Source of the DNA: an uncultured Planctomycetia bacterium
Lineage (GTDB): Bacteria; Omnitrophota; Gorgyraeia; Gorgyraeales; Gorgyraeaceae
DNA length: 64,000 nt
Direction: 5' to 3'
Assembly: GCA_964415355.1 (NCBI GenBank)
Contig: CAYPYS010000001.1
Coordinates: forward strand, 215,399-279,398
A program made the translations under genes and the position numbers. The notes under the pieces were generated by a model. The model was given only the letters and a program-made list of their open reading frames with translations, did not search any database and was not told where the DNA came from. How positions within the stretch are numbered: position 1 is the first letter of the stretch; every line of letters starts with the position of its first letter. Positions 52,301 through 61,300 of this stretch are shown here, in pieces.

Positions 52301-55300
52301 TCAATGCAACAGGAATATTCAGCTTCACCCACAGCTTAGTGCCTATATCTATTGCAAAGGCAAGGCATACTGAAATAAACATTATTAGCTTATGGTTTGG
52401 TTTTTTCAGTCGCGGCAATAGACGGACAAGGAGGAGTGCAAGAACTATCAAGGAAATAACAAAAAGAATAGTGACTGTCGTTATATGTAAGTCTAGAGGC
52501 GGTGCGTTAGGCTCGACAAATGCAATGACAGATGGAGATACCTTCAGGCCGGGTAAAGGCGCTCCATAATAAGGGGTCGTGGTCATTTTCAGGATACCCT
52601 CATAAGGCATAGATTCGTATTGTTCCATAAGGGAAAAAACTTCTTTTCTGAAGAGAGTGGAAAAATGATTCCTATAGAAACAAAAGCTCATGAAAGCGAT
52701 GCTTAAAACCATGATGAGTATATACTGCCACCCTGCCTTTTTAAGTTTCTGGGCAAAAAGCTTCAAAGAGGAAAATACCTTTCGTAGAGTGTTTTCACGG
52801 GAATAAAATGTCTCTGATTCCAATACTACGAGTAAATCTCTTTCTTTCATCCAATTAAAAATAGCATCGACCATTTCTTCGCCCTGACCGTACTCCCAAC
52901 TAATATTACATACTTCTATTATTGCTTTAAGAGTACGATAGAGCTTGCTCTCCGTAATATTGTTTAACTTACAACGTATATAAGCCCAACTAAACTCCTG
53001 GTCAAAATAAGATGATGCTATGATCTTCAATGTTTCTATCTCTATCGGCAGCAATCCCTCTAACAGCTCATGAGGGTAAAGTGATATCTCTAAATCCGGA
53101 TCCGAAATGTATGTACTAGCAGCCTTTAATATTATAAAACGTCTTTTTATCTCCTCTCTCTTCCCGCCGCCTTGATAAGCAGGTATCTCATGTCCCAGAT
53201 TTTTAAGGATATTCACGATCTCAGGAATATAATAAGTTCTTAACCCCGCCAACATTTTATCCACATCTTCGGTTACATCTTCCCCTCGTGATTTTCTCCA
53301 GTCGATAAAAACTTGCGCAACTTCTTTTCTGTCTATAAACTTTCCTAATTGCCGTAACAAGAATATCAGCTTCTCACTAAATACTTCCGGCAATACTTCC
53401 GGTAATACTTCCGGCTCCTCAGGCTCTCTAATCTCAGAATATGCTATGAAGCTTGCAGGATCCAATGATAAAGGAATTTTTTGCCCATTTTTTATTGTAA
53501 CTAAACCTCGCGCTATAATGACCAGTTGTTGATATTGCTCTCTGGGCCTGGGATATTCTTTTGCTTTTGAAAAATGAGGATTTCTAAGCAAACGCTCGAT
53601 TATCAGTTCTATTTTTCTATTCGAGATTTTTCCAATGCAAGTGCTGTTAGAGCCGTCCAGTGCATTTATAATCTGATGAAATTCAAGGATCCCACTCGCC
53701 ATGACTTTTAAAACATCCAATTGTTTAAAATCTATATTATGTTCCATCATTATTCTTAACTGAGGCGATATCTCCAGATATGGCATATAAAGCATTCTGA
53801 CGATCTCCAATATAGCAAGGCGCATATCAAGGCCGCGGCGGCTATCTCTAAGTCTGAAGATCTCGCCTTCCATCTGTCCTGATTCCTTTAGTTGTTCTAG
53901 CAAAGATCCTTTTAATTGGCTAATAGAATTTCTAATGGCACTTATTGTGCTAATAATTAAGAGGCGATCGATTTCTTCTGGTTTTTGTACTCTTATGCCA
54001 TCTGACCTCTGCTGCCATCGAATATATGAAATTGCAATTTCTGCTAAATTCTTTTGTTCTGCAAATTCTCTAATTAGAAATATCAGGCTATCTGAAAAAG
54101 GAATGCTTTCGCGCTCTAGCAGCATAGCAGAGTCTACGCCTTCTATCTTTCCGGCTTCTATAGCTGCTAGAACAGTTTCTTTGTGCACTCTACGAACTTC
54201 TGATGCCTCTAACGACCGCGGAGGAGGCACTTCCATCTTACGCCTTGCAGAATTATAGCAAACACGTACATTATTTTCACTTGTGCCCAATTTATGGGCA
54301 ATCTCCTTAGGCGACAATGCTTTAGCCAAAAGCTCTAATACTTCTTTTTCCCTAGGAGTCAGCCAATGAGTTTCTTTGCTTCTAGTATACTTAAAGAAAA
54401 AACCAAAACCTGATTTAAAAACGCGAATTCCAAATAATATAATAGAAAAAATTAAAATTGCAAGCAAACCCATAGTAAACCAAACTTCCGCGTTGTCAAA
54501 AAGTGCGAATTTAAAACTGCCTGATAATGCTGCAACCGGCGTAAGGACTAAACCATTTATATAACCTCTTCCATTATTGCTTCGTCTTGAGCTTCTGCTC
54601 TTCTCTTTTTCTGAAAGAGCCGAAAAGCCTTCTTTTTTCAGACGTGGCAAATATGCCAGAATATCAAAGAGAGCTATCATCTGTCCACACACCATGCCAA
54701 TAAAATCTAACGGATCCCTGATTGTTCCGAAAAACTGTGTCAGAAAATCCTCTGGCCTAAGAAATTCTACCCAGTAGAAAAACGCCATAAACCCAAAGAA
54801 TAAAGTGATGAATCCTAAGGAAGCTAACCATGGCAAACGCCAGCGTAGCGAAAGGCTACGTAAAACTAAATATCCTATCAAAAAAGAAGGACCAGTCCTG
54901 GCAATAGCAAGTCCATAGTGATTCAGCCAACCATATATTGGATAATAATGGATGATCGACCTTTCTTTACCCAAAACTTGTATAAAATCACCAAGATGGC
55001 CGATTGCAAATCCTAGAAAAAGGCATATAAACGAATAATATAAAACAGACATATTGTTGCTGAATTTATTCACTGTGTATCTAGCTGTCTTTGCGTATAT
55101 ATAAGTAGTAAATCCAGCACCTGATGCTGTGCCTGCCAATATCCATGCAATCTGTTCTAATCCTGGGTTGCCGAGTTGTACCTGCCAAAAAGCAAGGCCA
55201 GCAAAACCAGCTATAAGAAGCGCATCGACTATGCCGACTATGATCGTTACAAGGCGGGATTTCTTTGAGAGGTGTAACAAAAGAAGGCCAAGGCCTACTA

Positions 55301-58300
55301 CTGCGGCTATTAAGAAGAAGAATCCGAGTAATATGACTATATCCGGCGGGCCATGCTGCCATAGAGAATAACGCAATATCTTCTGGATGCTGGATATGTC
55401 ATTGCGAGCAATGACAGGCTGGGATAAGAAACCTGTAGCTGGAGCAAGAAAGAGAGGCGCGACATTGGAAAACATATTCTTATTTCTTTCTTTTTTAAAT
55501 CTCCTTCTATCTCGACGCAGAGATATTTCTAAAAATATTCTGTAACCGATGATTACAGGTATGAACAAAAACAATATGTCGAATATGTTAAAGAAAAAAT
55601 ACGGCGTGCCGCCGTTGTTCATGTATACAAAATAAACAAATTGTGCAAATATCTGGCCGGAGGGCAAAAATACCATAACCTGACTATAGATAATGCCTAT
55701 TGCGAACGGCAGTGCTATTTTATAGAGCATGAATAGTCTATTTATCCTTCGATCTCTTTCGATTGTATCTTTATATATATGCATTTTAGTGACTTTTACT
55801 ATAATATATAATGCGATGCAAAATTTTAATGGCATAAAATCATTTTTGTTATAGAAATGAACTAAATGCAGGCCTTTTATATTTAACGGAAACGGAATAG
55901 ATCCACTCATAAAATACCGGTCTATGCCTATAAGAACAAGCGTCATAATAACGATCTTTGCAAGGGTCAGCATAGATGATCTATTGGTTATATAATCCTT
56001 TATTTTTTCCCAAGATGTGGATCTACTAAATGCACTTTCAGCTTCAGCAAGGATTGAAGGATCAAGGCGCCTGGTCCCGGGCACAGGCCATTCGTATTTC
56101 TGATGATAGATCAACCTGTCATTTCCATCGCGTCTCTCTATCACTAAACATCCTGGCTCGCCACGCACGTCGATTCTATTTCCTCTCGCAGTTACTAAAG
56201 TAACTCCATCGACTATGCTGCCTATTACTCTCTTTTCTGCTACTTCCAGGCCTTCGGCATTTATTGTCTGGTTTGCGCCTATGAATAGATCCTTTTCCAT
56301 GCTAACAATTTCTTCTTTCGGGAGAATTTCTATAAATAAATCGTAAAAACGCGGCCTTAATAAAAATCCTTCTCTTGAGCGCTCAGTAGCGATATCAAAG
56401 ATCTTTATGCGGCTATTCTTGCCTTCGGGTATATAGATCGGGGCTTCGCAAGTCTCAAACCTTGCTCTATTATCATATTTCATCCTGTATTGAGCTGTCA
56501 TTTGTAATTCCTCTGCTTCAGCATGATTTTTCATTCTGCTATAACGATCGAGTCGCACGATCAAAAACTCTTGTTTTTCTGACTCAAAAACTACTGTACC
56601 GAATCCCTCCGGTAAAACGCAATAACCTAACGGAATATTCCCTGAATTATTCGGTAACCTGGGTTTCCATCCAGGCATAATAAGCTTTAAGATCCTCCGC
56701 GCCTCTAAAGCGGCCTGAAAAGTTTCCTCTCTCGTAAGTGCAGCTTTAAGCCTATTCCTTACTTCATCAATTGCCTCCCGGTCATTACCTAGCCATTTGC
56801 TTGCTGCATAAAGGATATCCCGGTCAAGCGCGCCTATTAATTTAAATGAAACATTGCTATCAAAAGTATACGCTATTAGATCTTGAAGAGCCGGGCTGTC
56901 TAACAATAGCTCCACTGCTGAGATTTCTCCTGGCTCATTTGCTGGATGCCACTCGTCGCCTATATAATAACCATCTGGCTTGCCCTCAATAACCAGGCTT
57001 TGTCCGTTGGAATAAAGCGTAACGTTAATAATGCCGCGGCCTATACGCACTCGCTCGCCTATCGCAAAAGGAAGCCCATTGCGCGCCAATCTCCATCCAT
57101 TACCAAAAGATAAGCTCTTAGGAGTCTCATATAAATGTACCTCTTTATCAGCAAAGAATTCACTAAGAACAGGGAAATCACCTGAGCAGGCCATTTTGAA
57201 CAAAGGAATGCATCTGGTCCCGGCGTTAGGATGCAATATCCCATCTGTCATGTGGGCAAAACCTTGCTCTGTAAAAGTCAATTCATAAGACTGCTGCGTA
57301 TCTGTACGGTAAAAGATTAAATCCCTGCCTGTCCAGCTTTTGAATATGCGTATATGATACCTATGGTAACTGCCTAAATAAATATCTGCATCTTTTAAGG
57401 TAATTTCCCCTGAAGAATGGTAACTTTGCTCGATCCACCAATCAGCCAAAGGAGTATCTACCGCCCAAGAAACCGGCTTTAACCTGTCCTCTGATTCATA
57501 TCCTGACAAATTATAGCCAACCGAAAAAACGCCTGCCTCTATTGACCAGCGGTTTATCATTAATATATCAACATTCTTCCTGCCACTGTTAATTATAATA
57601 ATATCCAGCATATTAGGCGTAACTGCTATATTTACATTTGTTATGTCACTAGGTGTCCTTAGGCTTACAGATCTACCGCCCAAAGAGGTATCCAAGTTAA
57701 TATCTTTCCCTCTTTCTAACCTTAAGATATAAGGACCTTTGTTTCCTCTCAAGTTTTTATCCGTAACCTCCAGTTCATTTAAAATCGATTGGCTCATTAC
57801 ATCTTCATCGAAACAACCATCTTCGATTATCAGAGAGGCAATCCCGCCCGTGTCTCTATCAAGGATGATTATAAGTTCTTTGTTATTCTGCCTTCCTCTA
57901 AGAATCTGAAGATTACGGCCCTCTAAGCATATTTTTCTGTCAGGTTGCTCCCAGATAATCTCTTCACCTAAAAGCTGATGGGCTAATATGGGATATTCCG
58001 CCTCCACACTAGTTGCTAGACATGCATTCGAGGCCATCAGGAGCTCAGGCGTCTCTTCAATGGCGCGACTAAAATCTATAGCAAACGGGATATACTGAGA
58101 ATAAGCAAGGCTTGCTTCTAATAAACGCTCTATGATTTCCTCGCTCGCATATGTAGCTGTCATATCCATAGCGATATGATCCGTCCAGCCAGCCATCATC
58201 AAAAGTTTCATGCGTCTGGCCAAAGCATATACTATTTCTTTTAATCGATCCTCACTTACTACAAGCCCTCGAAGCGCATTAGGTAGGCATCTTGAAACAG

Positions 58301-61300
58301 CCATATGCAACCGATCATCTTCTATCAAATCCCTGCCATCGCCGTTCCAGAATGCAAGCACCAGCTGGAATTTATCGCGCACTGCTTTTATCTCTTCTAA
58401 AGATATTTTGTCTCTATTTCTAGCGTGTATTCTTCTATCTATTGCTTCTACATCGCTTCTTCTATGATCCTCACCTAACATATAAATAAATATTCTCATT
58501 TCATGTGGAGTCAAAAGCTCTTCGAGACATTGTACGAATAGTTCGCCATCTTGTTTAGCAATAAGAATTTCTTCTGTGGGTCGATGACGAGGCGCGCCAA
58601 GCCATTCATGCGAATCTCCATCGCTCTCGTATACAGAAGGCGCATCAAGAGAAAAATACTGCCCCAGACTTATCACAGCTAGGGCCTGTTTCCAATCTTC
58701 TGCCTGCAACGTAAGGCTTTCCAGTTCTTGTAGTATTTCTTCATAAGCAGCATCAGGGCCTAATCTAAAAATAGCGTCTCTTAATATACCTAATACATGT
58801 CTGCCTCTTTCCCTGAAAGGGCAACGTTGAGGCTCGATAAACATACCTTCTCGGAACAAAACATAACCCACGATCGGCAATAAGCCGCCTTCTCTCCCTG
58901 CCAATATCTGCACGCCTCTTATCCCCCCGGAAAATTCTATAGGTTCTATTATTACTTCGTTACCAGCCAATTCAGTACTCACATGAACTTTTATAGCTCT
59001 GCCGTTTATCTTATATAGGTATATCGTTCCATCCGCGCCAACCCTTTTGGTTTTTCTGGTAGGGGCTTTATCGCCATTGATCTGAAACAGCACAAATTCA
59101 GACTGCCATTTGCTTTTTACCTGGATATTAAGGCCTTTATGTTCAATATAAGTTACGAAAGGTGTATTTCTATGCTCTTCTCTTTCATAAATACGAACGC
59201 TTTGTCTTATCTTATTTGCATCTATTTCCTCATTCATCAGAGTATCTTTATCATAAAAGCAAAAATCCTTGAGAGGAAAAACTGGCTCATCATGCTCATC
59301 TACTACCCAGTAACGCAAGAAATGCTGCATTTTACCTCCGACTCGCAGGACAAATGGCTCTTCATATGCCCTTTCAAGCCCATTATGTACGTGGAGATTA
59401 AGACGTCTGCCTTTAAAACCAGGCAACTCTCTTTCACCTGCAATTAAATCTACAGGCTGACTTTTCGGCATGGCCTTTCCTGTTAAGAACCAATATATCA
59501 ATTGATAATCTCTCATTGCCAATGGCCCTTTGAGCCCATCAGCCACAAATGGAATCTTTTCATTCCTCATATTAAATCGCCTGCGGCTCGCTCTCGCTTC
59601 TCCAGCAGTTAAAAACCTATCATTAGAATAAAGGACATAGCTGACAAAAGGAAATTCAGTCTCTGTGCCTTCTTCTCTGACCCAGTATATTACCCCTCGC
59701 TCGCCGTTTCCAAAGTCTGCTGCCTGACGATATGTATCTGGTAAAGACGGGTGGATAGGACACTGCACGCGAGTTCCGCTTAAAGTATATAAATACTCTT
59801 CACCGTCTCTATAAAATTTGGTTACTTCCTGTTTTCCAATAGGCCTATCTTCTCCTGTTTCAACAAAATATGATAATTCTGCTATATCCTTTCGGCTGCT
59901 ACTAAACCGCGGCCTTGCCTCAGCAACTGATTCTCCGGTCCCATCCATCACGATGCATGCGAACCAGGCTGCCTGCAAGGCAAACTGGCTCAAAAAACGC
60001 AATGATACATAGTTATAAACTTTCAGTAAAATAATCACAAAAATAATACCTAATATTATACGAATGACGAGATCTCTGGTGGTATTTGCGTGGGCTATCA
60101 GTATATCTTCTGCTTCGTAACCTGCTTTTTTAAGTTTATCTGCCGCTCTATCTTTTATCTGCTTCATCTCTATTAAGCCAGATATGCTTTTGACTATAAG
60201 ACGCACAGCTAAAATTAGAAATATTGCAGAAGCTATAGATATAAGCAGGAAGAATCCGAGCAAGACTACTATATCCGGCGGGCCATTCTGCCAGATAGAG
60301 TGATGGAGGAAGTCCTGGATATTAAGCTGAGCAAAGATGTCATTGCGAACAAGCGCATCCTTTGTCATTGCGAAACCAAAAGCAGAAGCAATACCAGCTC
60401 TCATCACAGTGCTCTTTGGAAATTCCAAAGCCTGCCTGAGTTCACTAAACTTATCACCTATAGCAACAACTATATGGTCACCTGCTTTGATATGATTCAG
60501 ACGCCTCTTTAAGCATGCTCTTACTCCGGTCTCTCTTATAAAACCCCAATCTCGTGCTAACTCTTCTAGGGTTCTATCTCTTTTCTGCGCGGCATGCGCT
60601 TCTTCTATTGCCCAGTCTAATATTGCCAGTGGCACAGCATGCATCCACTCATCCAAAAGGCCGCAGACTCCTTCAGGAAGTTCGTCAGAATCCTCAAGCG
60701 CTTCTCTTTCTTTTATGAATTCTTCTCTTATAAGTTCATACCAGTCCAGCCATTCACAAAATAATACTGTGTCTTCTTTGATTTCAGAAAGCATTTGAAC
60801 TTTATAGGGATCTTCCATTTGGTCAACCACTCTAAATAAAACCCGCAATATAAGACGCGTTCTTGTATCAACTTCTATGAGTCCCCATTCTACGGCTCGA
60901 TTCACAGTCCTGAGGCGTTCTACGAGAGCTTTAATGCGATCCAAGCGCTTGGTTATACGAGATAGACCTAAAGCTTCTCTAATATCGTTGTATGCTTGGC
61001 TAACAAATTTATGAGAAGAATAAGAAAGCCCCTCAGCTATTTCGTTATTCGTCAATCCTAGAATTATAAAAGTCAATATCTTATCTTGTGCACAAGTAAT
61101 ACGCGGAGTCTCTATAAGTTCTACAAGCGGCGTAGTGTCAACTTTTGGAATACGTTTTAGCTTTATAGCTATATTCACGGCCTTAAGGCGTTCTTCTAGA
61201 TCGGTAATGTAATCTGGGCGTTCTGTTATACGAGACAGACCTAATCGCTCTCTGGCATCGTTGTAGAATTCACTGACAGTTTTTTCAGAAATACCAAATC

